Shown one piece after another: positions 7,863 through 17,235 of a DNA stretch of 30,952 bases (position 1 is the first letter of the stretch; each line of letters opens with the position of its first letter). The stretch is taken from UHGV virus genome UHGV-0110025; one strand, written 5' to 3'. The stretch comes from a virus. Below the pieces are notes generated by a model that worked only from the letters and a program-made list of their open reading frames with translations, was not told the origin of the DNA and ran no database searches. Position numbers and translations under genes: made by a program.

Positions 7863-8947
7863 TAAAATTAGATGCTAAAAGAATCACTGCACCGGAGGTC
7901 GGAGATTACTCGTGGTATTCTGACTTGGTGTATTTTGATGGACCACTGATTTGTTTATTTCGAGGAAGTGGCTATAAGGATGCTCTTTATGTTTGGCTTG
8001 ATAATTCAACCAGAGCCAACCGCTGGTGTTTAATACCTGTATCAAGGTCAACTTTAGATTCCTATCTTAATCAAAGAATGAGTCTAAGAGAAATCATACA
8101 ATCAAACGAATATGTTTATATTTGCAATCACTTTGCAGAAACAGGACGAAAAAATTATAGCCGTCTGAGCGTAGATGATTTCCCTGAGGAATATATGCCT
8201 GATGCTGACTCATATTTATATGAAGAAATATGCACCGATGACGCACTATTGTTAAAGCAAGAACGCACATCTAGCTATATGCTAGGACTGGACAACCAGT
8301 TGTTTATAAATGATTTATCAGAAATTCCAAAAATTTTCGAACAATTGTATTCTTTCCACTATGGACTTGCCCACTTGGGCAGAATTTCCATTAGAAATAC
8401 CATGCTGCGATTGATGGGTAGTTGGACTGGTGGATTCTCAGCAGTAAATATTTTCACTGGTTTAAAGAATGTCATTCCTGTCCTGCACCGCCCAGAAGTT
8501 AGCTCACTTCAATATAACTCCCCCGGACATATTGAATTGAACTTGCTTCCTGACTTGGCGCAGAGCGTTCAGGATGTATCTGTTCGTGTTGAAAATGAAT
8601 TTATTTATGACCGTTTAGAGAAAATCTATAAAAACAATTACACATACTTTAAAGATAAAGATCTATCAGGTTTTGATGAGGGTGGAGGAATTGAGTTAAG
8701 GAACATCGACTCTGAAACCACAGAAAATCTTCGTAAGCGTGTTAGAATTTTCTTTAGGTGTTTAGGTTGGAAAACCTATCAAGCGCAGTTTGATATGATC
8801 GGTGCCCATCCCTTGCAGCAGTTACGCGCAGTTATGGCGTATTACAGACGCCTGAAAACATTACGAGAATATATTGTGGCAGATAAATTATTCATTGGTC
8901 ATTCGCGAGTGCCGGTAGAGCAAATTACTGTGAATACTGAAAATTAG
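7859..8947 (+). CDS. Hypothetical protein, gene 2 of an accessory two-gene operon
   Basis: 362-aa ORF translationally coupled to the upstream gene, AT-rich. No P-loop, HExxH, HIT or other motif recognised. Located between gene A and cos. Confidence 0.65.
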   Translation: MIKLDAKRITAPEVGDYSWYSDLVYFDGPLICLFRGSGYKDALYVWLDNSTRANRWCLIPVSRSTLDSYLNQRMSLREIIQSNEYVYICNHFAETGRKNYSRLSVDDFPEEYMPDADSYLYEEICTDDALLLKQERTSSYMLGLDNQLFINDLSEIPKIFEQLYSFHYGLAHLGRISIRNTMLRLMGSWTGGFSAVNIFTGLKNVIPVLHRPEVSSLQYNSPGHIELNLLPDLAQSVQDVSVRVENEFIYDRLEKIYKNNYTYFKDKDLSGFDEGGGIELRNIDSETTENLRKRVRIFFRCLGWKTYQAQFDMIGAHPLQQLRAVMAYYRRLKTLREYIVADKLFIGHSRVPVEQITVNTEN

Positions 8948-9073
8948 CTTTCTGCATGAGGATGCGTGAATCTGCATTATTTATTAATTCAACCCATAGA
9001 TACTGTAGGACGCAATAGGCATGGGCTTGAGACCAAAATGCAACTGCATTAAAACCGCCCCATTAAGCGGGTA

Positions 9074-9092
9074 GGCGTGGCGGGGAAAGCAT
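9074..9092. other. cos: cos site (19-nt cohesive end) GGCGTGGCGGGGAAAGCAT
   Basis: Differs at two positions from the P2 cohesive end as I recall it (GGCGAGGCGGGGAAAGCAC). Lies in a GC-rich non-coding stretch between the A-side accessory genes and portal gene Q, where cos sits in an integrated P2-type prophage. Confidence 0.7.
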
Positions 9093-9311
9093 TGCGCGCC
9101 AGCAGTGATGCGTAATAATAAAAATTATCCTCTGAGCGCGTCGTGATGGCGCTGTCGTGGTCGCTGCTGGTTCGTTGGTGGTCGGGTGTGTTCGTGCGCG
9201 TGAGACGCATCTGATGCGTGATGGTGGTGTGCATGGAAAAGCCACCAGGAGCAGCGGCTTTACAGGAGTGGCAGGATTCAAACTGCTAATTATGTTTCTA
9301 CTATGATTAAA

Positions 9312-10316
9312 CTAATTTACATGTATGTAGAGTTCACCGTCGCCAGACCAATCGGGACACTCTAAAACAAGCCCAAACTGCTTGAATATTTCATCAATGA
9401 TTATTGTTATCTCCCGAAAATCACCAAAACCTGTAATGTGCTGGTCATTAAACTTCCCATAAAGATTCTGAAAAGCAATGCCTAATTCTGATAATTGATA
9501 TCTTATCTTTGAGTTGGATAGTGTAAGGGATAGCTTTGGATCGTATTCTTTAATATTGATGTTTAGAGAATGGACATAACCCATCGCATAAGCATAAGAG
9601 TTGATGATTAGCCTGATACGTTTTTTTACTTCGAGATACATGTCATTCAGAGAAATATTACCGTACTTATAACCCCAGATGAGTTTTTCAATCTCGTCAG
9701 ATACTTCATTTACAACAGTGTCAAGATTCTCTAAAAATAAATCAATAGTTTCTTGAGGGGCAGACCCCGAAGACATGTAATTAGCGAGATATTCAGACCA
9801 TGCACGCGTGGCTGAGATAAGAAGCGCGCTACCATACTCGTTGACTGTAAAATTTTGGGCTAAGCATGTTAGTAAGTTTTTTTCATGTACGTGCACTAAT
9901 TCATGGTGAATGCGATGGATGACTGCGAGGTATCCTTCTTCTTTCAGTTTTAAGAAGCTACCATCATTGAAAAGCTCAACAAAAAAATCAATCGATAGCA
10001 CAAGGGTATATTCTTCACATAGCCCATCATTGCCAATTTTTGTTACTAACTGCCCGACGGCTGCGCCCTGTTTGCTATTGGTAAATGAACTAGGGGATTT
10101 GTGTTGGTAAGAGGATGTTACCTTTTGAAGAGCTTCACTGAAGTTATAGGAAACAATCACGCATTTTAATTTGGAGATATCAAGATTGAGATTTTTTGTT
10201 AAAGCTCGGATAGCTTCTAGTGTGAAATTACCGATATTATTTGCTTCTTGCTCAGTAGCGAAACCTTCGAGGGTTATTTTAAAATCAGTTTCCAAAATAT
10301 TAATCTCCGCGCCCAT
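9312..10316 (-). CDS. Hypothetical protein with HExxH zinc-metallopeptidase-like motif
   Basis: 334-aa ORF, AT-rich, containing IHRIHHELVHVHEKN (HELVH = HExxH, with a second HE just downstream). Inserted between cos and Q. No strong SD at ATG 10316. Confidence 0.65.
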   Translation of the reverse strand: MGAEINILETDFKITLEGFATEQEANNIGNFTLEAIRALTKNLNLDISKLKCVIVSYNFSEALQKVTSSYQHKSPSSFTNSKQGAAVGQLVTKIGNDGLCEEYTLVLSIDFFVELFNDGSFLKLKEEGYLAVIHRIHHELVHVHEKNLLTCLAQNFTVNEYGSALLISATRAWSEYLANYMSSGSAPQETIDLFLENLDTVVNEVSDEIEKLIWGYKYGNISLNDMYLEVKKRIRLIINSYAYAMGYVHSLNINIKEYDPKLSLTLSNSKIRYQLSELGIAFQNLYGKFNDQHITGFGDFREITIIIDEIFKQFGLVLECPDWSGDGELYIHVN

Positions 10317-10393
10317 TGTTTTGATATTCGATGCACTATAGCTTTCGCAGATTGCATCTTCAATAATGAGCGCAGAGATTGTGGCGGCCTAAG

Positions 10394-11440
10394 TTATTCT
10401 GGGTTGTCGAGGGTGTACTCTTTGAACCTGATGACCTCCATACCGAGCCAGTCGTTTACCTCCCTGAACCTATCCTGCAGGGGTGACAGCTCATTACGCA
10501 CAAATACCTTTGCCACCTTCTCAACGTCACCGAGTGAACCGATATTCTCGGGCTTGCCGCCCATGAGCTGGAACGGTACGCGGTGCGCGTCCATCAGATC
10601 GGCGGCACTGGCCTTCTTGATGTTGAAAAAGTCATCCTTTGTGGCGACCTCGCTCAGTGGCACGATTTTGATGCCGTCCGGTTTTCCGCCGGGAGCGTAG
10701 AAAAACAGGTTCTTAAAGTTGCCGAGCCCTTTTGAGTTGCGCATCGCCTCGCGCAGCGATTCGACGTCGGTCGCGCTCTGCGCCGGGTCAGTCACATACA
10801 TGATGTAACCCGCGTGCGCGCCGTTCTGATAATACTTGCGGCGGAACAGCGTCGCGGATTCATTCAGCCAGGCGGAATTTAGCGCGCTGAGATATTCGGG
10901 CAGGCCGTAAATCTCCTGATTAATGTCGGGCTCCAGCAGGTGAAACACGGTATCAGGCGCGAACTCGTGCGGCTGGGTGAAGTTTTCCACAAACCAGAAA
11001 ATCGAATCGTCGACTCCGCGTCGGGTGTATTTGGCTGGCGAGGCCAGCAGTTTGATTAACTGGCCGGTGACGCTGTGGCGCTGCTCAAGAAAGGCGTTAC
11101 CGAACACCAGATAATCGAGCGCAAAGCGGCTGAAATCCTGACGGGATAACAACGGGTGCGGAATGTAGGTGCTCGCGAGCACGTTACGCTTAACATAAAT
11201 TGGCGAGCTGTGATGCACGGCAGAGCGCAGGCTCTTTGCCAGCCCTGAGAAGCTGACCGGCGGCTCGTACCATTTGCCGTTACTGATGCACTCGACGTAA
11301 TCCAGAATGTCGCGCTTATCGAGTACCGGCACCGGCTCGCCGAAGGTGAACGCTGTCGTTTTTGGCGGTGCGCTGGCGGTCAGTTGTTGTGGTTTGCTGG
11401 CCTTTTGTGCGTTGGCTTTACGGGATTTTTGTTTACCCAT
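10394..11440 (-). CDS. Q: Portal protein (P2 gpQ family)
   Basis: 348-aa ORF on the minus strand immediately upstream of terminase P, the P2 Q-P arrangement next to cos. N-terminal basic region and overall length fit gpQ. Confidence 0.9.
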   Translation of the reverse strand: MGKQKSRKANAQKASKPQQLTASAPPKTTAFTFGEPVPVLDKRDILDYVECISNGKWYEPPVSFSGLAKSLRSAVHHSSPIYVKRNVLASTYIPHPLLSRQDFSRFALDYLVFGNAFLEQRHSVTGQLIKLLASPAKYTRRGVDDSIFWFVENFTQPHEFAPDTVFHLLEPDINQEIYGLPEYLSALNSAWLNESATLFRRKYYQNGAHAGYIMYVTDPAQSATDVESLREAMRNSKGLGNFKNLFFYAPGGKPDGIKIVPLSEVATKDDFFNIKKASAADLMDAHRVPFQLMGGKPENIGSLGDVEKVAKVFVRNELSPLQDRFREVNDWLGMEVIRFKEYTLDNPE

Positions 11441-11441
11441 T

Positions 11442-13211
11442 TTAGTTGAACTCCAGAATAGATTTAGGCTGCATGCCGCTACCGGCAGAAAGCGGTTCGT
11501 TTAACAGGGCGTGCATGGTCGCCCATGCGATATCGGCGTGGCTGGCTTCCTCGGTGCGGCTGGCCTCATAGGTGGCGCTGCGCCCGCTGCTGGTCATGGT
11601 TTTGCGGATGGACATAAACGACTGCGTGACGTCGGTTGCTCCGGCGTCGTACTCCAGACAGCCACGGCGAATGGTGTCTTTCGCCTTGAGTACCATTGCG
11701 GTTTTCATTTCAGGTGTGTAACGGATGCCGCGTGCCGCCGGGTAAAATGAGCGCACCAGCTGGAACACGCCGAGACCGAGGCCGGTTGCGTCAATGCCGA
11801 TGTATTCGACGTTGTATTTCTCGGTCAGCTTGCGGATGCCCTCTGCCTGTGCTGCAAAATCCATGCCCTTCCACTGGTGGCGCTCCAGCATGCGGAACTT
11901 GCCACCAGAGACCACCGGCGGCGCGAGCACGACGCACCCGGCACTGTCGCCGGTGTGTGACGGGTCGTAGCCAATCCAGACAGGACGAGAGCCGAACGGA
12001 TGGTCGGCGAACGGGGCAAAGTCCTCCCATTCCTCCATCACATCGACCATGCAGCGCTGCAGCTCCTCGAACGGGAATACCGACGCTTTATCGTCGACAA
12101 ACTCGCACATAAACAGGTTCTTAAAGTCCTCATCACTGTTTTCGCGTTTGAGCTGGTCGAGGTCGAACAGGGTGCAGCCACCCGCAAGGGCGTCCTCAAT
12201 GGTGACAATCTGCCGCCACTGGCCATCGTCGCAGAGCTGGCCACCGGCGAGCGCGCTGTGACTGATGTCGATTTCGATGCGGTCGGCAATCCGGCTGCGC
12301 CCCTTGTTGAACAGCTCGCCAGACCAGAAGGGGTAAGCGCCGTGCGCCAGCGTGGAAGGTGTCGAAAAATAGGTCGAGCGCAGGTGCTTTTGCGAGGCCA
12401 TGCCCGAGGCGACTTTGCGCAGTTTCTGAAAATTCGGGATCCAGAATATTTCATCGACATACAGATCGCCGTTATGGCTCTGCGCGGTGTTGGAATTGGT
12501 ACCGAGAAAAATCAGTTTTGCGCCGTTGTTACCGATGACAATCGGGTCGCCAGTCAGGTCAACGTCGACCAGTCGCGCAAACTGGATGATGTATTCGCGG
12601 AACACGTAAGCCTGCGTTTTACTGGCTGATAAAAATATCTGGTTATGGCCGGTTTTGAGTGCGCGCAGCAGTGCCTCGCGGGAGAAATAGAATGTCGCGC
12701 CAATCTGGCGGGATTTGAGAATGTCACGAATACGGTGCTCCAGTCCTGCGCGGTACCACTGCAACTGGTACTCGAAAGACTGGTCGAAAAATAATTCCTC
12801 TAGTTTATCGATAGCCTCGTCGCTGAAAAAATTCTTTTTCGGCTTTTTGCGCTCCCCTTTGTTGCGGTTGGCGACGTTGGGGTTAAGGTCGGCTTCGTTG
12901 CCGGTCTGGCTGTAGCGGTTGACTCGCGCCAACCGTTCAATCTGCCGTCCGAGCAGGTCAATCTCTTTGAAATCACCCCCTGTCTTTTGCGGCTTGGCGA
13001 TGAGCTGAATCAGCCTAGCCTCAAGGCTGCTTTCAACGCGGGAAATCGGCGCGATGCCGTCCCAGCCGTCGCGCTGCTTCCAGCTCTGCACGGTCGGGCG
13101 CTTGACCTGCAGCATTTCGGCAATCTGTGGCACGGAAAAACCCTGCCAGTAAAGCAGCGATGCCTGCCGTCGCGGGTCATGCAACAAGGTTGTATCGGTG
13201 GAAATGGTCAT
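11442..13211 (-). CDS. P: Terminase large (ATPase) subunit (P2 gpP family)
   Basis: 589-aa ORF; stop is 1 nt from the Q start. Divergent from O-N-M-L as in P2. Confidence 0.9.
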   Translation of the reverse strand: MTISTDTTLLHDPRRQASLLYWQGFSVPQIAEMLQVKRPTVQSWKQRDGWDGIAPISRVESSLEARLIQLIAKPQKTGGDFKEIDLLGRQIERLARVNRYSQTGNEADLNPNVANRNKGERKKPKKNFFSDEAIDKLEELFFDQSFEYQLQWYRAGLEHRIRDILKSRQIGATFYFSREALLRALKTGHNQIFLSASKTQAYVFREYIIQFARLVDVDLTGDPIVIGNNGAKLIFLGTNSNTAQSHNGDLYVDEIFWIPNFQKLRKVASGMASQKHLRSTYFSTPSTLAHGAYPFWSGELFNKGRSRIADRIEIDISHSALAGGQLCDDGQWRQIVTIEDALAGGCTLFDLDQLKRENSDEDFKNLFMCEFVDDKASVFPFEELQRCMVDVMEEWEDFAPFADHPFGSRPVWIGYDPSHTGDSAGCVVLAPPVVSGGKFRMLERHQWKGMDFAAQAEGIRKLTEKYNVEYIGIDATGLGLGVFQLVRSFYPAARGIRYTPEMKTAMVLKAKDTIRRGCLEYDAGATDVTQSFMSIRKTMTSSGRSATYEASRTEEASHADIAWATMHALLNEPLSAGSGMQPKSILEFN

Positions 13212-13376
13212 TGATGCCTCGCCGTAGTGGATTCAGGGCAAGGCTACTTAATGGCCGTCAGTGATTCGCTAAGGTGCTGTTGTGTGGGCGGTTGTCCAGT
13301 CGTCATTGGTGGTCTGGCGTGTCCTGAGTCTGGAAACTGGCGGTGACCAGTAACCTCAACCTCAGGACTCCTGACA

Positions 13377-14231
13377 ATGGCAAAAAAAGTCTCAAAATTC
13401 TTTCGCATCGGCGTCGAGGGTGACACCTGCGACGGCCGCATTATCAGCGGCAACGATATTCAGGAAATGGCCGAATCGTTTGACCCTCGCGTCTACGGTT
13501 GCCGCATTAACCTTGAGCATATTCGCGGTCTCTTTCCTGATGGCGACTTCAAACGCTTAGGCGATGTGGTTGAACTGAAAGCTGAAATAATTGACGACGA
13601 TTCTGCGCTTAACGGCAAATGGGCGTTGTTCGCCAGAATCACCCCAACCGACGACCTGATTGCGATGAATAAAAAATTGCAGAAGGTCTACACCTCAATG
13701 GAAATTCAGCCGAATTTTGCCAATACCGGCAAATGCTACCTCGTCGGCCTTGCTGTCACCGATGACCCGGCGAGCCTCGGCACTGAATACCTCGAATTCT
13801 GCCGCAACGCGAAGCACAACCCTCTGCAGCGCTTTAAGGCCAACCCTGAAAACGTTTTTTCCGCTGCCACGCTGGCCGAACTGGAATTTGAAGACGTTCC
13901 CGATACGGTGCTAAACAGCCTGGCAGATAAGGTGAAAGCCATTTTCAGCCGTAAGCAGGTCAGCGACGATGCGCGCCTGAATGATGTGCATGAAGCGGTG
14001 AGCACCGTCAGCGAGCATGTGCAGACCAACCTCACTGCGCAGGATAAGCGTCTTTCCGCTATGGAAGCCGCGCTTACCACCTTTAAACAGGAACTGACCG
14101 GCAAGATTGAAGAAACCAGCCAGGCATTTTCCGCCCTGAAAGCCACCCTCGACAAAACCGAAAGTTTCAGCCAGCCGCGACGCACGAAAGCCAGCGGCGG
14201 TGGTGGCGATGAGCTGCTGACCGACTGCTGA
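13377..14231 (+). CDS. O: Capsid scaffolding protein (P2 gpO family)
   Basis: 284-aa ORF, first gene of the rightward capsid operon, with an acidic coiled-coil-like C-terminal half. N-terminus MAKKVSKFFRIGVEGDTCDGR... matches gpO as I recall it. Confidence 0.9.
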   Translation: MAKKVSKFFRIGVEGDTCDGRIISGNDIQEMAESFDPRVYGCRINLEHIRGLFPDGDFKRLGDVVELKAEIIDDDSALNGKWALFARITPTDDLIAMNKKLQKVYTSMEIQPNFANTGKCYLVGLAVTDDPASLGTEYLEFCRNAKHNPLQRFKANPENVFSAATLAELEFEDVPDTVLNSLADKVKAIFSRKQVSDDARLNDVHEAVSTVSEHVQTNLTAQDKRLSAMEAALTTFKQELTGKIEETSQAFSALKATLDKTESFSQPRRTKASGGGGDELLTDC

Positions 14232-14307
14232 TAAACCGCAGACCAGAAACCGGGCGGTAACTCCGCCCGATGCAGTGACTAACCGATAAATTCAAACAGG
14301 AAATACT

Positions 14308-15375
14308 ATGCGCCCGGAAACCCGTTTTAAGTTCAATGCCTATCTGACCCGCGTCGCTGAGCTGAACGGCATCAGCACTGATGACGTCAGTAAAAAATTC
14401 ACCGTCGAGCCGTCCGTCACGCAAACGCTGATGAACAAAGTGCAGGAGTCATCCGCGTTTCTGCAGACGATTAACATTCTGCCGGTTGCAGAAATGAAGG
14501 GTGAGAAAATCGGCGTCGGTGTGACCGGTACTATCGCCAGCACGACCGACACCTCGGGCGATGATGAGCGTAAGACCGCAGACTTCACCGCGCTTGAGTC
14601 CAACAAGTACGAGTGCGACCAGATTAACTTTGACTTCCATCTGAAATATAAAACCCTCGACCTGTGGGCGCGTTTTCAGGACTTTCAGCGCCGCATCCGT
14701 GACGCCATTGTTAAGCGTCAGGCGCTCGATTTCATCATGGCCGGTTTTAACGGTACCACCCGCGCCGCCACCTCTGACCGCACCAAAAATCCGATGCTGC
14801 AGGATGTAGCCGTCGGCTGGCTGCAGAAATACCGCAACGAAGCCCCGACGCGTGTGATGAGCAATATCACCGATGCTGACGGTAAGGTCGTTTCGGCAGT
14901 GATTCGCGTCGGTAAAAACGGCGACTATGAGAACCTCGACGCGCTGGTGATGGATGCTACCAACAACCTGATTGACGAGGTTTATCAGGATGACCCGAAA
15001 CTCGTTGCCATCGTTGGCCGTAAGCTGCTGGCCGACAAATATTTCCCGCTGGTGAACAAGCCGCAAGAAAACAGCGAAGCGCTCGCGGCAGATATCATCA
15101 TCAGCCAGAAGCGAATCGGCAACCTGCCTGCTGTGCGTGTGCCGTACTTCCCGGCGAATGCCGTGTTAGTGACAACGCTGGAAAACCTCTCTATCTATTT
15201 CATGGATGAGAGCCACCGCCGCAGCATTGATGAAAACCCGAAAAAAGACCGCGTGGAAAACTACGAGTCAATGAATATCGACTATGTGGTCGAGGCGTAT
15301 GCCGCCGGGTGTCTGCTGGAAAACATCACCCTGGGCGATTTCACCGCACCTGCAGCACCGGAAAGCGGAGAGTAA
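14308..15375 (+). CDS. N: Major capsid protein (P2 gpN family)
   Basis: 355-aa ORF following O; length, position and high GC backbone composition fit gpN. Confidence 0.9.
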   Translation: MRPETRFKFNAYLTRVAELNGISTDDVSKKFTVEPSVTQTLMNKVQESSAFLQTINILPVAEMKGEKIGVGVTGTIASTTDTSGDDERKTADFTALESNKYECDQINFDFHLKYKTLDLWARFQDFQRRIRDAIVKRQALDFIMAGFNGTTRAATSDRTKNPMLQDVAVGWLQKYRNEAPTRVMSNITDADGKVVSAVIRVGKNGDYENLDALVMDATNNLIDEVYQDDPKLVAIVGRKLLADKYFPLVNKPQENSEALAADIIISQKRIGNLPAVRVPYFPANAVLVTTLENLSIYFMDESHRRSIDENPKKDRVENYESMNIDYVVEAYAAGCLLENITLGDFTAPAAPESGE

Positions 15376-15379
15376 GCCC

Positions 15380-16129
15380 ATGACGAGCCCCGCACAGCGT
15401 CACATGATGCGGGTCTCGGCCTCTCAAGCCGCGCAGCGGGAACAAGCCCCGCTGCGCCATGCAACCGCCTACGAGCAGATGCTGGTAAAGCTGGCCGATG
15501 ACCGCCGCACGTTGAAAACCATCCGTTCAAACGAACTGAAAGCCGCGAAAAAGCGTGAGCTGCTGCCGTTCTATGCGCCGTGGGTCGCCGGTGTGCTGGC
15601 TGATGGCCGTGGTGCGCAGGATGACATTCTGATGACAGTCATGCTGTGGCGTCTCGATGCCGGTGATATCGCTGGCGCGCTGGAAATTGCGCCATACGCG
15701 CTGAAGTACGGCCTCACCTCTGACTATCGCCGCACGACACCTTACATGCTGGTTGAGGAGGTGGCGCTTGCCGCGCTGCGCCTGCGCGATGCCGGTGAGC
15801 CTGTCGACCTCGCATTACTGCTGACCACCCTTAGCCTGACCGACGGCGCTGACGTTCCCGATATGGTGCGCGCTCGACTGCATAAGGTGACCGGTCTAAC
15901 CCTGCGCGATGCCGGTCAGAGCGCCGAAGCACTGGCACAGTTTCAGCGCGCGATGCAGCTCGACCGCAATGCCGGTGTGCGCAAAGAGATTGAGCGACTG
16001 GAGCGGGCATTGAAGCCTAAGCCCGATGCCGCGCCCCGTAAAACGACTAAACCGCGCACGCGCAAACCTGCCACCAAACCGGCGGCAAAGCGCGGGCGTC
16101 CACCAAAGGCGGTAAAAACCGCCGGTTAA
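15380..16129 (+). CDS. M: Terminase small (endonuclease) subunit (P2 gpM family)
   Basis: Start placed at ATG 15380 (MTSPAQRHMMR...), 4 nt after the N stop with GGAG upstream; the six-frame ORF extends upstream into N. Basic Pro/Lys/Arg-rich C-terminus. Confidence 0.85.
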   Translation: MTSPAQRHMMRVSASQAAQREQAPLRHATAYEQMLVKLADDRRTLKTIRSNELKAAKKRELLPFYAPWVAGVLADGRGAQDDILMTVMLWRLDAGDIAGALEIAPYALKYGLTSDYRRTTPYMLVEEVALAALRLRDAGEPVDLALLLTTLSLTDGADVPDMVRARLHKVTGLTLRDAGQSAEALAQFQRAMQLDRNAGVRKEIERLERALKPKPDAAPRKTTKPRTRKPATKPAAKRGRPPKAVKTAG

Positions 16130-16222
16130 CTGAACGCTCCCCGAGCCGGGCGGCACGCCGGTCAAAGCGGGTTTTGACCCTGACGGCGACCGGCGTCCAC
16201 CGCCCAACCTAATGAGGTTGTC

Positions 16223-16732
16223 ATGACGACAGTAATACTGAATCAGCCCGACGAACCGCAGGACGTACCGGGCGTGGTGATTCCCGCACCGGAGACGGGC
16301 GACGCAGTGATTAAAAACACGTTCTTTTTCCCTGATGTGGATCCGAAGCGGGTGCGCGAGCTGATGCGCCTTGAGCAGACGGTTTCCGATGCGCGCCTGC
16401 GCAACGCCATCAAGACCGGCATGGCGGAAACCAATGCGGAGCTTTACGACTACCGGCTGCGCCAGATTGCCGCAGGGTTTAAGACACTGGCCGACGTGCC
16501 TGACGCCGAGGAAATCGACGGCGAGAATGTGCGCGTTTTCCACTACCTCAGCGCCGTGACGGCGATGGCGACCGCCACCCTGTATGAGCGTTATCGCGGG
16601 GTTGAGGCCACCGGCAAGGGTGACAAAAAAGCCGACAGCGTCGAAACCACCATTGATGACCTGTGGCGGGATATGCGCTGGTCGGTCTCGCGCCTGCAGG
16701 ATAAGCCGCGCTGCATCGTGGGTCAGCTCTGA
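16223..16732 (+). CDS. L: Head completion/stabilisation protein (P2 gpL family)
   Basis: 169-aa ORF after M, in the conserved position and of the expected size. Confidence 0.85.
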   Translation: MTTVILNQPDEPQDVPGVVIPAPETGDAVIKNTFFFPDVDPKRVRELMRLEQTVSDARLRNAIKTGMAETNAELYDYRLRQIAAGFKTLADVPDAEEIDGENVRVFHYLSAVTAMATATLYERYRGVEATGKGDKKADSVETTIDDLWRDMRWSVSRLQDKPRCIVGQL

Positions 16733-16935
16733 TGAAAGTCTACGCGATGCAGGGCGACACCATCGACGCGCTTTGCGCCCGGTATTACGGGCGCACTGAG
16801 GGCGTGGTCGAGGCTGTGCTGCAGGCTAATCCCGGTCTGTCTGAGCTGGGCGTCATTCTGCCGCATGGCACGGCAATTGACCTGCCCGACGTGGCATCGT
16901 CACCCGTAACAGAAACTATCAACCTTTGGGAGTAA
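16732..16935 (+). CDS. X: Tail protein X (P2 gpX family)
   Basis: 67-aa ORF overlapping the L stop, in the conserved position preceding the lysis genes. Confidence 0.8.
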   Translation: MKVYAMQGDTIDALCARYYGRTEGVVEAVLQANPGLSELGVILPHGTAIDLPDVASSPVTETINLWE

Positions 16936-16938
16936 ACC

Positions 16939-17235
16939 ATGACAGAAGGGGAAAAAGGCGTCCTGTCACTGTTTGTGATTGGCGTGATGATTGTTGTCGG
17001 AAAAGTGCTGGCGGGTGGTGAGCCCATTACCCCGCGCCTGTTTATCGGCCGCATGCTGCTCGGCGGTTTTGTTTCAATGGTCGCCGGTGTTGTTCTGGTG
17101 CAGTTTCCAGATATGTCACTGCCTGCCGTTTGTGGGATTGGATCCATGCTCGGCATTGCAGGTTATCAGGTGGTGGAAATCGCCATTCAGCGCCGCTTTA
17201 AGTCACAACAGGGGGATAGCGATGCCGGTCATTAA
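16939..17235 (+). CDS. Y: Holin (P2 gpY-like)
   Basis: 98-aa protein with hydrophobic transmembrane segments (VLSLFVIGVMIVVGKVL..., LLGGFVSMVAGVVLV...) and a charged C-terminus, immediately upstream of the endolysin. Confidence 0.7.
   Translation: MTEGEKGVLSLFVIGVMIVVGKVLAGGEPITPRLFIGRMLLGGFVSMVAGVVLVQFPDMSLPAVCGIGSMLGIAGYQVVEIAIQRRFKSQQGDSDAGH

Noticed and set aside
9100-9300. Small minus-strand ORFs (61 and 72 aa) and a possible structured RNA in the GC-rich stretch beside cos
   Set aside because: The ORFs are Arg/Pro-rich with no start signals. The region is better explained as terminase recognition sequence flanking cos, and I could not identify convincing retron-like or other RNA structure.
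11696-12629. Several plus-strand ORFs (138 aa, 209 aa and others) overlapping the terminase large subunit gene
   Set aside because: Antisense to a highly conserved gene; Arg/Pro/Ala-rich translations typical of GC-rich noise.
13212-13376. Additional gene between P and O (69-aa minus-strand ORF 13244-13453)
   Set aside because: It overlaps the O start and the divergent late promoter region, with no RBS; likely spurious.
14449-15066. 205-aa minus-strand ORF inside the major capsid gene (similar antisense ORFs occur at 20520-21350, 26751-27299, 22510-23091, 28334-28846)
   Set aside because: Each lies antisense to, and wholly within, a conserved phage structural gene in a GC-rich region where long spurious ORFs are expected. 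None has a motif or plausible ribosome-binding site.
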